A DNA stretch of 63,325 nt, filler included, from Octopus bimaculoides (GCF_001194135.2; 6 parts of 5 records of this genome joined end to end with filler, not necessarily neighbours in it); one strand, 5' to 3'. Numbered from the whole stretch's first letter, positions 27,649 to 40,600 are shown. Notes: generated by a model from the letters alone, not told the origin. Program-made: numbers and translations.

Positions 27649-27694
27649 AACACAACGTTTCGGCTGATATACCCTTAAGCCTTCATCAGGTGTC
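27649..27694 (-). ncRNA. Candidate minimal type-I hammerhead ribozyme (within repeat 27594-27729, same family as 50790-50950)
   Basis: Minus strand: GACAC CTGATGA A GGCT-(12 nt)-AGCC GAA ACGT T GTGTT. Helix I is GACAC/GTGTT, helix III is the palindrome ACGT, and the triplet is GUU. Confidence 0.65.
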
Positions 27695-27853
27695 TTGAGG
27701 AAATTTCGAACCTGGGTTCTCATTCCTAATAGATATAGATATAGATAGATGTAGATATATCCTAATATATATATATAGATATATAATATATATAGATATA
27801 TAATATATATAGATATATAATATATATAGATATAGATAGATATAGATATAGAT

Positions 27854-29402
27854 CAGCCATGAAAAGCTTAAAGAACGGAAACACACGGCAGGAGTGGACG
27901 GCATACCAACAGAGGCACTCAAGGCAGGGGGAGAAGAGATGATCGATCATATGCACCATGTGCTGAACCTGGTATGGATGATAAAGAAGATCCCAACCGA
28001 CTGGAAGAAGGGTCGTATGGTGAAGCTGTCGAAGAGTGGGGATTTATCACAATGCGAAAAGTGGAGGGGAATTACCTTGCTTTCTATTCCAAGCAAAGTC
28101 CTTACAAGAATCATTCTGGAGCGATTGAAAGAAACCATTGACAAGCAACTCAGAGATAAGAAGGCAAGTTTCAGAAAGGAGAGATCATGTACGGACCAGA
28201 TTGTGACGCTCAGAATCATCGTGGAGCAGACAATGGAATGGCAAACGTCACTCTATTTCTACTTCGTCTAATTTGAAAAAGCATTTGACAGCGTAGACAG
28301 GCAGACAATCTGGGACATCTTACAACACTATGGTATGCCAGAGAAGATCATGTGTATTATTCGATTACTCTACGAGGAGTTTTCTTGCCAGGTCATCTAT
28401 GCTGGGAGATTGTCAGAGAAATTCAGGGTCAGCACGGATGTCAGGCANNNNNNNNNNAGATTGTCAGAGAAATTCAGGGTCAGCACGGATGTCAGGCAGG
28501 GCTGTTTGTTGTCACCACTCCTGTTCCTCGTCGTGCTGGACTGGGTCACTAGGACGGCCTACACTACCCCCGGGAAAGGTATTCAATGGACACTGATGAA
28601 CAAGCTGGAGGACTTGGACTACGCAGATGATCTCGCGCTACTGTCACATTGCCTGCAAGACATGCAAGATAAGGTAGACCACCTGAGAAAAACTTCACGG
28701 TGAGTGGGCTTGAGGATCAGCCAGGAAAAGACAAAAGTGCTGCGTATCAACAACAAGCAGGAAGAGCCAATCACAATCGAGGGGGCACTTGTGGAGGACG
28801 TTAGTGAGTTTGTCTGTCTCGGTAGCAAGATCAGCAAATCAGGTTGATCAGACGAGGACATCACTGCAAGAAGGCTTGGCAAGCCTTCACTATTCTTTGG
28901 CCGGTATGGAAGTCCACTGCCATCTCAATTTAAACTAAACTCTGCTTATTTAGTTCAAACGAAAATCTGTGTTTTTTGTATGGCTCTGAAACATGAAGAG
29001 CCACCTGCAGCAACTACAAGAAGATCCAGACCTTCATCAACAAATGTCTCCAGCAGATCCGCCTTCTGAAGTGGTTCGACAGGGTGCCAAACACCGACCT
29101 GTGGGAAAGGGCCAACCAGGAGCCCATACATGTTCAGATTAGACGAAGGAAATGGAGATGGATCGGACACACACTGCAGAAAGAACCCTCAAATGTGACA
29201 CGACAAGCACTTGGCTGGAACCTGCAGGGGAAAAGGAAGTGAGGACGCCTGAAGCAGACATGGAAGCAGAGCATTTTGGACGAGCTCAGGACCACCGGCC
29301 TGACATGGGAAAGCAGCCAAGAAACACACCAATGACTGCAAAAAGTGGAAAATAACTGTTGAGGCCCTATGCTCCACGAGGGAAGAAAGGATTAAGAAGA
29401 AG
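27854..29402 (+). mobile_element. 5'-truncated RTE-clade LINE (RT domain to 3' end), pseudogenised
   Basis: AGVDGIPTE..DWKKG..K.GDLSQC..WRGITLLS..FRKERSCTDQI..FEKAFDSV..VRQGCLLSPLLF..DLDYADDLALL. 3' end CCCTATGCTCC..(GAA)n. Several stops and frameshifts; a 10-N gap with duplicated flanks at 28448. Confidence 0.95.
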
Positions 29403-31208
29403 ATATAGGTATTTGTGTATCTGTGTTAGCCTCCCCACCATCGCTTGACAACCGATGNNNNNNNNNNNNNNNNNNNNNNNNNNNNNNNNNNNNNNNNNNN
29501 NNNNNNNNNNNNNNNNNNNNNNNNNNNNNNNNNNNNNNNNNNNNNNNNNNNNNNNNNNNNNNNNNNNNNNNNNNNNNNNNNNNNNNNNNNNNNNNNNNNN
29601 NNNNNNNNNNNNNNNNNNNNNNNNNNNNNNNNNNNNNNNNNNNNNNNNNNNNNNNNNNNNNNNNNNNNNNNNNNNNNNNNNNNNNNNNNNNNNNNNNNNN
29701 NNNNNNNNNNNNNNNNNNNNNNNNNNNNNNNNNNNNNNNNNNNNNNNNNNNNNNNNNNNNNNNNNNNNNNNNNNNNNNNNNNNNNNNNNNNNNNNNNNNN
29801 NNNNNNNNNNNNNNNNNNNNNNNNNNNNNNNNNNNNNNNNNNNNNNNNNNNNNNNNNNNNNNNNNNNNNNNNNNNNNNNNNNNNNNNNNNNNNNNNNNNN
29901 NNNNNNNNNNNNNNNNNNNNNNNNNNNNNNNNNNNNNNNNNNNNNNNNNNNNNNNNNNNNNNNNNNNNNNNNNNNNNNNNNNNNNNNNNNNNNNNNNNNN
30001 NNNNNNNNNNNNNNNNNNNNNNNNNNNNNNNNNNNNNNNNNNNNNNNNNNNNNNNNNNNNNNNNNNNNNNNNNNNNNNNNNNNNNNNNNNNNNNNNNNNN
30101 NNNNNNNNNNNNNNNNNNNNNNNNNNNNNNNNNNNNNNNNNNNNNNNNNNNNNNNNNNNNNNNNNNNNNNNNNNNNNNNNNNNNNNNNNNNNNNNNNNNN
30201 NNNNNNNNNNNNNNNNNNNNNNNNNNNNNNNNNNNNNNNNNNNNNNNNNNNNNNNNNNNNNNNNNNNNNNNNNNNNNNNNNNNNNNNNNNNNNNNNNNNN
30301 NNNNNNNNNNNNNNNNNNNNNNNNNNNNNNNNNNNNNNNNNNNNNNNNNNNNNNNNNNNNNNNNNNNNATAAGAGAAGAATAAAAACTAGCAACTTCGTA
30401 GCCCAATAACAATTTTGTCCTGTTTCATCTGGGCAGCCATGACAGGAACAGTTAAAGTAGATTTAAGCTAGGGTTAAAGAGTAAAGAGAACAAAAGTACT
30501 AGATAATGCGATCTTGATTATATTTTGTTCTTTTATTCCTTTAATGGCTTCAGTCGTAGGCCTGCGGTCAAGCTGGATCACTGTCACTTTAATTCTGTCA
30601 GTTTTGTTGCCATCTTACGATTGGAAGTTAGTTAATGATTGAATCTGTAACAGCTTGTTTTCCATGAGTGTTTCCTCGAATGGTTGGGTGGTTTGGTGTC
30701 GTCGTTAGGAGTTCATCCAATGTTTTTTGTTGGATGTTTCAGTAGTGGTTCTTTTTTTATATTTCTGATTTCTTTAGGTAGGAATGTCATGCTCAGAGCA
30801 ACATTGATCATAACACTACTACTGAATGACGTAGTAACAGAAACATTGAATAAGTGATAAGAAAACCCTAAAAAGACTGAACAGTTACCTACATGGTAAG
30901 ACAAATAGTTATTTTTCTGTCAAACCAGTCAAGTTTTTAAGTACCTCCAATCCACAAAAGAAGGCATTGTGTATTGATAATACAACAGATCGACATTCAT
31001 ACGTACGTACATACATACATACATACACAAGCACACACACACATATATATATGTATATATATGTGTTTATATCACGTGATCACGTGATGGACCAGTCTAT
31101 CGGAAGTTGTTGTACATCACTGATCACAATACACTTTGCATTATCATAGCTTTTGAATGATGCCACCCTGCGGGCTAGGCGAGCAGGCCACTATACGCAT
31201 ATATATGT

Positions 31209-31297
<89 letters not shown>

Positions 31298-31329
31298 CAC
31301 ATGTATATATATATATATTTATACACACA

Positions 31330-31375
<46 letters not shown>

Positions 31376-31419
31376 NNNNNNNNNNNNNNNNNNNNNNNNN
31401 NNNNNNNNNNNNNNNNNNN

Positions 31420-31431
31420 TTAATTAATTAA
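31420..31431. other. Synthetic scaffold spacer (44N-TTAATTAATTAA-44N)
   Basis: Same 100-bp architecture. Confidence 0.95.
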
Positions 31432-31489
31432 NNNNNNNNNNNNNNNNNNNNNNNNNNNNNNNNNNNNNNNNNNNNTTTGTTATGTATTT

Positions 31490-31779
31490 GTCTGAATATT
31501 TTTATTATTATTATTATTATTTTATGTTTGACTTTTGTTTTGCATTTGTACAAGTTGGATCCAAGTCTCACCCAGAGACCTCAAGAGACAACAAGTTAGA
31601 AGTTCATGTAGGTGTTATGCCTAGGGTACCATATATTTGGATTTGTACAGTTTTGTTCAAGTGAATGTTTAAGAAACCATAAGAAAATTATGTGTTTGCT
31701 TTAAAATTTGAGATCACATAGACAGTATTTTACGTAGGATATGGGCAGTTCCCATGAGCACTATCTTTTGAACTTCAGC

Positions 31780-31790
<11 letters not shown>
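31490..31790 (-). mobile_element. R4/Dong-like LINE 3' terminus with 3'UTR
   Basis: AEVQKIVLMGTAHILRKILSM* then a UTR and a (TAA)n tail; (TAA)n also lies at the 5' junction. Confidence 0.75.
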
Positions 31791-31815
<25 letters not shown>

Positions 31816-31829
31816 CATTATTATTTTTC

Positions 31830-32450
31830 AGTCAGGTTTTGTTGGAACTCCTGGAATCTTGCATGTGTAACTAGCACTATTTTCACTTTCTTCATTTTCC
31901 ACAGTCAAGCTATCTTGTTTCCTTCTTGACTATTCTTGGGTCAGAAATACACAACATCAATATCAGAGCACATATTGTTCACCTTGTCCACCACCACAAG
32001 GTCTGGCTTGTTGTGCTCAAGCAACTGGTCTGTTTAAATTGGGGGATCCCACAAGATTTTGCAGGTCTCTGACTCCATCATTCTCTGTGGTTTGTGCTCT
32101 TACCATGTCTTGCCTCTCTCTAACTCCCGCTATTCACACACTTTCTAATGTAGTACTTTCACAAACTCATCATGTTGCCACAACTTTTATTTCCTTAGGA
32201 TAAGTCAAGTGCATCCATTCATGATATGGACAACTCAATTATAGATTCAGGACAATGAAGACACTTGCTCATTTGTAAAGGTGACCCACCAATTTTTGCC
32301 AAAGCTTGGTCTTGTATTGCAAGTAAAGTGCTCTGAGTTTACTTTTTAAGTGTTCATTTTTTTAATCAGTCCAACTTATGTTCTCTAGCAACTTCAGTTG
32401 TGGCTACATGAAATAGATTATGTAGTCCCTCGTTGGGTAATGCTTCTGCA
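31830..32450 (-). mobile_element. R4/Dong-like LINE fragment (zinc knuckle plus restriction-like endonuclease)
   Basis: AIQDQAL..HIMNGC..QHD..KILWDPPI*TDQLLEHNKPDLVVVDK. Heavily decayed. Confidence 0.75.
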
Positions 32451-33424
32451 GGTCCTTCTTGTACTTCTTGTTTTGTTCTTTTCCCTTTTCCTGCCTTCAA
32501 TATGCCCCCATCCCTAGCAAGGTTTCCTCACTTTGGGATACATATCTCAGCAAGTTCTCAAGTTCAATAGGCATGCAGTCTTTCACACTTTATTATTATA
32601 ATTATCATCATCGTCACCGTCATCATCATCATCACCATCATCATCACCGTCATCGTCACCGTCGTCATCATCATCATCATATTACATTCTAAATTCAAAG
32701 GCCAATAAAGTCAACTGTGCTTTTCATCCCTTTGAGGTCAATGTAATCAACTAGACTGCCCAACCCACCCCCAAAATTCCAGGCATTGTGACTATACTAG
32801 CAAGAATCACCATCATCATCATTTATTATTATTATTATTATTATTACTATTATTATTATTATCATTATTGAGTGAGAGACCAGTGCATGCCATCAAAATG
32901 ACACTGGGGTAAAATATACGAAGCCTGTTATACCTATCATGACTACCCGTCTGATAAGGGTACACCAGGCACATGCATCACAACCATATGTGCGCGACAC
33001 GGTGATCTCATATCAAGATAAACAGCGCATGACCTCACAGGTGGGGCCCAGTTAGAATTTTCTTCAGGTCGAGTAGCCCATCCCACTCAGAAGGTCCCTG
33101 AATAAGGTTTGTTTAAGGATATTGAGCAAAACACCCATGTTTCCAAAGGTGAATTATTCAAACCCCAAAGAATTCCTCTCAGCACGTGGCTATGATGCTC
33201 CCCCACTACTTCTGATCATGATCAGAGATGCACATATCGTCAGCCACCAAGGGAATGCTCAACTGGTTAAGGTCAAACAACTGACAAGCAATATCATTAT
33301 TATTATCATCATCATTATTATTATTTCCATATTACTTCTCAGAGCTCTTGATTTTACTTGCTCCAGTTAATTCTGTAAGAGTAACCAGCAATCAGTTGTC
33401 AAAGATCTCACAGTCTCTTTCCGT

Positions 33425-34215
33425 GATACCTAACGCCCAAGTACCAATCTCAAGATCCTCCTGTGCATGTTTTGTGCATGTCAATTCCAGTTTCTCTTAC
33501 ATATTTCTCAGACCTGGTTGTTAGTACTGCCAGCGCCCCTACAATTACTGAGATGACAGTTAGTCTCTTTATTGCCCACATTTGTGCAATTTTGTCTTTT
33601 ACTAGCTTGTATTTTTCAATCTTTTCCTGTTCTTTGTCACCCATGCATGCATCCCCAGGTATGGCAATAATATCTGTGGTCTTAGTTTCCACCTTTTTTA
33701 TCTTCTATAACAATGTCTGGTCTTCAAACATTAATCACTGAATCACACTGAATTGTAAAACCCCATAAGATCTTATGTTCATTATTGTCAGTGACACCTG
33801 ATTTATGTGTACTTTCATGACTGTACTTCTCACACAATCTTCAGTGAGCAAACTTGGTCATGTTATCATGCCTCCTTTTGTATTCCTTTTGGACCACTTT
33901 GCTAGCTCACTCACAGCATGTAAAATTGCTTCATTTTTGTTGCTATACATCCTGCAAAGGGATGATTCACTGCTCTTATTTGGAACTTAGTGTAATTAGT
34001 TCTCAAAGCTTGTTCCTGGGTGCTGCATATCAATGCCTCAGTGCATCTTTACAAAACACTGTTCCTTAGCCACCTCCTGATGTTGGTCTTGTCTTTCCCT
34101 TCCATTTTATTTTCATTTTCATTCTCCAGTTCTTCAATCTTTGTTCTCCATCTTTTTTTTTAACTGTTTTAGGGTATGCTGCATTTTCACTCTGTATTGT
34201 GCCGCACTTTCTAAC
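33425..34215 (-). mobile_element. R4/Dong-like LINE 3' fragment
   Basis: WLRNSVL..TEALICSTQEQALRTNY..IAIPGD..KEQEKIEKY..MWAIK..VIVGALAV..RILRLVL*. Confidence 0.8.
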
Positions 34216-34293
34216 AAGAACAAACAAATATTCAATCTGTTGGTTGACATACCACCCTAGACTGTTTTTACTCATTGACAATACAGATCTTGC

Positions 34294-34354
34294 AGAAGAA
34301 GAAGAAGAAGAAGAAGAAGAAGAAGAAGAAGAAGAAGAAGAAGAAGAAGAAGAA
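34294..34354. repeat. (GAA)n microsatellite
   Basis: About 20 perfect units between two divergent LINE fragments. Confidence 0.95.
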
Positions 34355-34369
34355 ACAAAAGCTATAAAA

Positions 34370-35232
34370 CAAATGAAATAAAAACTGAAACTAGAACAGC
34401 AACGGACCATGATAAAACAATGGCAAGAAAAGCCCCTTCTTGGCAAATACTGGGCTAAACTAAATGCAAAAGAAATAGACAGAGAAAAATCCCAGCAATA
34501 GTTGAGAAGCTCAAGACTTAAAGCAGAAACTGAAGGATCACAAGACCAAAGCCTCCCCACCAGAAATTACCAAAAACATATAATGGAAAGAAACATAACA
34601 AGTAACTGCAGAATATGCGGCGATGGACAAGAAACAATAAACCATATTATTTCTGGCTGCCCAGTCCTGGCTAAGAAGGAATATATTCACAGACACGACA
34701 GAGCTGGGACCTACATACACTGGAAGCTATGACAACACTATGGAATAACAANNNNNNNNNNNNNNNNNNNNNNNNNNNNNNNNNNNNNNNNNNNNNNNNN
34801 NNNNNNNNNNNNNNNNNNNNNNNNNNNNNNNNNNNNNNNNNNNNNNNNNNNNNNNNNNNNNNNNNNNNNNNNNNNNNNNNNNNNNNNNNNNNNNNNNNNN
34901 NNNNNNNNNNNNNNNNNNNNNNNNNNNNNNNNNNNNNNNNNNNNNNNNNNNNNNNNNNNNNNNNNNNNNNNNNNNNNNNNNNNNNNNNNNNNNNNNNNNN
35001 NNNNNNNNNNNNNNNNNNNNNNNNNNNNNNNNNATACATAACAAAAACACCAGGACTTACAAGTATATATAACATACAGAAAATTGCACTACTGGGCACT
35101 GCACACATCCTACGCAAAACACTTTCAATACAGTAACCATAAGAGCAACACAGCAAACCACAGCACATACCCAAAGCACACAGAGCTTTGCTCAGTAGTG
35201 AAGTGAAAGCACGTTATAAAAATAAACTACTG
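34370..35232 (+). mobile_element. R4/Dong-like LINE 3' fragment (gap inside)
   Basis: WQEKPLLGKY..LKAETEGSQDQSLPTRNY..CRICGDGQETINHIISGCPVLAKKEYIHRHD..HWKL [gap] QKIALLGTAHILRKTLSIQ*, then a UTR and (AAT)n. Confidence 0.9.
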
Positions 35233-35391
<159 letters not shown>

Positions 35392-36146
35392 AGAAATAAT
35401 CTAACAGAATTTTTAGCACACTGGACAAAGCACTCATGGCATTTCTTCAGGCTCTTTACATTCTGTGTTCAAATCCTGCTGAGGTCATCTTTGCCTTTCA
35501 TCCTTCTGAAGTCAATAAATAAAGTAGCAGTTAAATACTAGTGTCCTTTCAAAATTTATGGCCTTGAGTCAAAATTTGAAACCATTATTATTATTTGCTA
35601 AACAAACTATAGAATATTCAACCCATAGTTTGTACCAACCAAATAATTCAATATTCTATTGCTGGTATGGTAAAACTGTCTTTTATATCATATCATATAT
35701 GCTAAAGAGTTATTATCTGAACCTTACTTCCTTGTTATTCAGTGCCTAACCAAACATTGCTACCTTCTTACACAGGAACTATATATCACAGATTATTGTT
35801 GTTTATGTTACAAGGAAACTAATTAAACTGTTAATGAAACATCATTGTATTATAAAGATGTATTCAACAGAGAAATATGCATCTTCATTATTTAGTATCT
35901 GAGGTAAATTAAAACAAACTTTCTTGTTCTGTAGTATTGCAGAGTTCTTATTTTTAAAGAATTAGTATTGATTCTTCCAAAAAACAAGTGAAAAATAAAT
36001 GACAGAAAAAGGAAAAAGAAAAACAACAACCAATCCACAGAGAGACACACAAGCAGGGCAGAAAGGGAGAGAAAGAGAGAGACTTTAGAGAAAAGAAAAA
36101 TGACCAAATGAAGATAAAGAAATGAGCAAAACAACAACAACAACAG

Positions 36147-36178
<32 letters not shown>

Positions 36179-36260
36179 CCATTGGTAACGATGATAATTA
36201 TCAGTATTATTATATCTTTCTTTGCAGACATACATATCATATGTACACACACACACACAA

Positions 36261-36291
<31 letters not shown>

Positions 36292-37059
36292 NNNNNNNNN
36301 NNNNNNNNNNNNNNNNNNNNNNNNNNNNNNNNNNNNNNNNNNNNNNNNNNNNNNNNNNNNNNNNNNNNNNNNNNNNNNNNNNNNNNNNNNNNNNNNNNNN
36401 NNNNNNNNNNNNNNNNNNNNNNNNNNNNNNNNNNNNNNNNNNNNNNNNNNNNNNNNNNNNNNNNNNNNNNNNNNNNNNNNNNNNNNNNNNNNNNNNNNNN
36501 NNNNNNNNNNNNNNNNNNNNNNNNNNNNNNNNNNNNNNNNNNNNNNNNNNNNNNNNNNNNNNNNNNNNNNNNNNNNNNNNNNNNNNNNNNNNNNNNNNNN
36601 NNNNNNNNNNNNNNNNNNNNNNNNNNNNNNNNNNNNNNNNNNNNNNNNNNNNNNNNNNNNNNNNNNNNNNNNNNNNNNNNNNNNNNNNNNNNNNNNNNNN
36701 NNNNNNNNNNNNNNNNNNNNNNNNNNNNNNNNNNNNNNNNNNNNNNNNNNNNNNNNNNNNNNNNNNNNNNNNNNNNNNNNNNNNNNNNNNNNNNNNNNNN
36801 NNNNNNNCATAGACTATCAAGTGATGAAGTTTTAATGTTCTTTTTTTAAAAAAATTACTTTGTCATTTGTTATCATATTCATTTTCTTTATCAGGTTATA
36901 TAGAAGGTATTCTATTCCACTGGAAGGTAGATGATTCCATATCCTGTCAAAGATTTACTGCAAGTATCTACATTCAAACCAATTGTTATTGTTGTTTAAA
37001 CAAACTTGATTAAAGGTATTATGACTATCAGATCTTCATATATATATATGTATGTTCTT

Positions 37060-37317
37060 TTATTCTTTTTATTCTTTTACTTGTTTCAGTCATTTGACTG
37101 TAGCCATGCTGGAGCACTGCTTTAAAGGTTTTTTTGTTGAAGAAATCGACCCCGGAGCTTATTCTTTGTGAGCCTAGAACTTATACAATCAGTATCTTTG
37201 GCTGAACCTCTAAGTTATGGGGATGTAAACACACCAACAACAGTTGTCAAACGATGGTGGTGGTGGGGAGCCCAAACACTGACACAAAGACACACACACA
37301 CATAAATATATACATAC

Positions 37318-37359
<42 letters not shown>

Positions 37360-37500
37360 GACAGGCTTCTTTCAGTTTCTGTCTACCAAATCTACTCACA
37401 AGACTTTGCTCGGCCTGAGGCTATAGTAGAAGACACTTGCCCAAGGTCCCATGCAGTGGGACTGAATCTAGATAGTTAGGAAGCAAGCTTCTTACCACAC
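37060..37500 (-). mobile_element. tRNA-derived SINE family A, near full length
   Basis: TTTTACTTGTTTCAGTCATTTGACTG..GCCATGCTGGAGC..(TA)n..GCTATAGTAGAAGACACTTGCCCAAGG..CTTACCACAC. Confidence 0.9.
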
Positions 37501-37547
37501 ACACACACACATAGACACATACACACACACACATATATATAACAGGT

Positions 37548-38005
37548 ACAGACATGGTTGTGTGGTAAGAAGCTTGCTAAGGCGGCGAGCTGGCAGAGAC
37601 ATTAACACGCCAGGCAAAATGCTTAGCGGTATTTCATCTGCCGTTACGTTCTGAGTTCAAATTCCACCAAGGTCGACTTTGCCTTTCATCCTTTCAGGGT
37701 CGATAAATTAAGTACCAGTTATGCACTAGTGTCAATGTAATTGACTTAATCCTTTTGTCTGTCCCCTCTATGTTTAGCCCCTTGTGGGCAATAAAGAAAT
37801 AAGAAGCTTGCTTCCCAACCACTTCTGCGTTCAGTCCCACTGTGTGGCACCTCAGGTAAGTGTTGTCTACTATAGCTTCAGGCTGACCAAAGCCTTGTGA
37901 GTGGATTTGGTAGACGAAAACTGAAAGAAGCCCGTTGCATATATATGCATATATTTACATGTCTTTATGTCTGTGTTTGTTCCCCACCACTTGACAGCTG
38001 ATGTT
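37548..38005 (+). mobile_element. SINE family A interrupted by a nested SINE family B
   Basis: The head GGTTGTGTGGTAAGAAGCTTGCT is interrupted at about 37578 and resumes as AAGAAGCTTGCTTCCCAACCAC at about 37801 (AAGAAGCTTGCT is duplicated, TSD-like). Confidence 0.8.
37579..37800 (+). mobile_element. tRNA-derived SINE family B
   Basis: GGCGGCGAGCTGGCAG..TTCTGAGTTCAAATTCC..GCCTTTCATCCTTTC.GGGTCGATAAATTAAGTACCAG..GTCCCCTCTATGTTTAGCCCCTTGTGGGCAATAAAGAAA. Confidence 0.85.
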
Positions 38006-38896
38006 GATATATAAATATATGAAACAGGCAGAAATAATGGGTTATATACTTTATTTATTCATTATAGGAATACAGCTGTTTCAGATATGCATTTGGATGC
38101 ATTCGTGGTTCAATCAATTGATTGACTGACTGAAAATATAAAGAACTACCAGCACAATGTTATCTTCCTGAGAGCCAAAGGAAAAGAAGAAAAGTAAAGA
38201 AAGATGGAATTTGGTCAGTGTGGCATTCATACTGAACTAGGTCAACCTCTTCTAGTTATCAACCTTAAGCTACTGTTTGCTCTTATCATGGGTAAATAAT
38301 ATTGACATCCAGTAAGGAAAATTGATACCTCACTAGCTCGTTAGGGTCAGTGGAAGACTTTTGTCATTTACTGCTATATTTTGGAAATTATGTGAAGAGC
38401 AATTATTTGCAAATACACAAACCAAAAGGCAGCTATGGTAATGCTAATTATTTTAAATTTGAAGTATCAAAATCTATCTAATCAATTACTAAAAATTCAT
38501 AAAATTACAAAACAGTTAACAGAAATAGAACTAGTTATTAGGGATTATAGATGAATAAACTATAACAGGTAAAGCAGCAGTTACAGTAAGACTACTTATA
38601 ATCCTAAATTATATGTATCATTGGTACAGTTGCAATAGTAAGGCTGAGATATGTTTCTTAAATATGGGGGTAGAGTACTTTTCAAAAGTACTAAGTGGAA
38701 AAGATAAAACCAAAAAAAGTTAAATAAAAACCAAAGCAAAACAAAAGCAACAGAAACAAAAATAAAAATGAAAATAAAAATGGAGAAATAAGGGAATGGA
38801 TATCGGAAATTAAAAAAAAATGATATCATCAAATAAACAGAAAGAGGGGACAGGGGAAGGAAATCTATAAGTCAAATAATAAAGAAAATTTAACAA

Positions 38897-39090
38897 GGCA
38901 GAAACGTTAGCACACTAGATGAAATGCTTAGTGGTATTTCGTTTGTCTTTACATTCTGAGTTCAAATTCTGCCAGGGTCAGCTTTGCCTTTCATCCTTTT
39001 GGGGTCGATAAATTAAGTACCAGTTGCATACTGAGGTCGATCTAATCAACTGGCCCCCTCCACAAAAATTTTGGGCCTTGTACCTAGAGT
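38897..39090 (+). mobile_element. tRNA-derived SINE family B
   Basis: GGCAGAAACGTTAGCAC..CTGAGTTCAAATTC..GCCTTTCATCCTTTTGGGGTCGATAAATTAAGTACCAG. Confidence 0.8.
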
Positions 39091-39209
39091 AAAAAAGAAT
39101 AAAGAAAATTTAATTTAAATTTGCATTATCTCTAAACTGTTGGACTAGAAAGATGTGGAGGTGTTATCATGTCCATTTGTTTGCAGGGTTACTTATCAAT
39201 GGAATGAGG

Positions 39210-40600
39210 TAACGGTTTTATTGTAAAAATGTTTACATCTTGTCATTAGTTCTTGCCTTAAGTTTTAACAATGACTCTTTTAAGCAAAGTTCTCATCCAG
39301 TTTCCCTATGTAATAAAGCAGTGCACTGCTCAATATTGACCACTTAACATTATATTTTGTCTTGTTATCTTCAACTTCCCAAATTAGCTTGCTTAATGAG
39401 TTCAAACTTTCCTTGTTCTTATGTTTAAATGGTGAGATGTGGTTATAATACTGAGATTCGAAAATGGTTGCACAACAGCCTATGTAATGGAAAACTGTCT
39501 TATCTGTTACAATCGATCATCTACAAACTAGGTTCTTAAGGCATTATTCAGTTAACGGACATTTATTAGGGTTCTTACAATTACAACTATTATCATTATT
39601 GTTGTTGCTGTTACCCCTGCACCTAAAATTATGCCTGTTGTTATTAAGCTTACTGGTATTCATATCCTCATCATGATTATTATTTCCACCCCTAATTTTA
39701 TTACTATTGGTATTGTTGTTGTCTTTACCCCTATTATTGTTCTTTTTGTTATTTCTTTATCACCATCTTGCTTTTTACATGTTCTGTTATGCTTATTGTT
39801 AGTTATGCTTAATGATTAGTACCATTGCCACTAATATCATATTTTGATTATTCCTATTAGTATAATGGGTACTACTACTACTACTACTACTACCATCTTC
39901 ATTACTATTGACCTTATTAACAGTTTTATTGCAATTAGTGTTACTTTTATTATTGTAGTTATTATTATTCTCATTCTTCTTATTATCACCACCACCACCA
40001 CCACCACCACCACCATCATCATTGCTGCACATTTTGTTTCTACTTTGGCCTTTGTATCTTTAAACACAAACTTTCTAAATCTACAGGTGTTATGAGAAGC
40101 TATAACTTGTGCCAAGTTCTTGTTGTTGAGTATGCAAACTTAACTAAATGTTTATTAAACAATTTCCCATATTCGCTTGATGGTGGGAAATTCTTCTCAA
40201 GGGCCTTGAAGAATTTTGTGGAGATATTAGTGGTGATTTGGGTCCTGAATGGTGCATTATATCAGATTACATGTTTTGATTTATCGCTCCTTTTCTTAGA
40301 GTTTATATATTCTCTATATTCACCACTATATTCACCACTATTCTTTCTTACAATTTCATCGTGGGCTATTTGCTTGGATTACCAGAAATCCTATTTAGAC
40401 AATTATTGTCATTTCTTTCACCACTCTTGTTATTTTCCTCCCATTACTGGTTAAGATTAAGCCTATCATTTTTGGGGGATAGTTTATGTTTATCAGTGGA
40501 ATTACTAAAATTAGTGTTACCATGAAGGCTCTTACATTTATGTTCATTTGGCTAATCTTCCCTTCTGTCAGTTGAGGGTGTTTCAGTGTCTGTCAACACA
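39210..40600 (-). mobile_element. Penelope-like retroelement fragment (linker plus GIY-YIG)
   Basis: VI*YNAPF..TNISTKFFK..NFPP..LFNK..KFAYS..NLAQVIASHN [N-rich insert] SCNCKNPNKCPL..CLK..HYIGC..YYNH..SLSKLIWEV..KWSIL..ELMTRCKH. Confidence 0.85.

Noticed and set aside
28408-28497. 40-bp direct repeat inside the RTE; similar repeats at 42656-42770 and 47463-48020
   Set aside because: Each flanks an N gap and is the typical overlap artefact of unmerged contigs.
36890-36935. Possible plus-strand micro-exon (cag|GYIEGILFHWK|gtag)
   Set aside because: No partner exons or homology recognised; such splice-like sites arise by chance.
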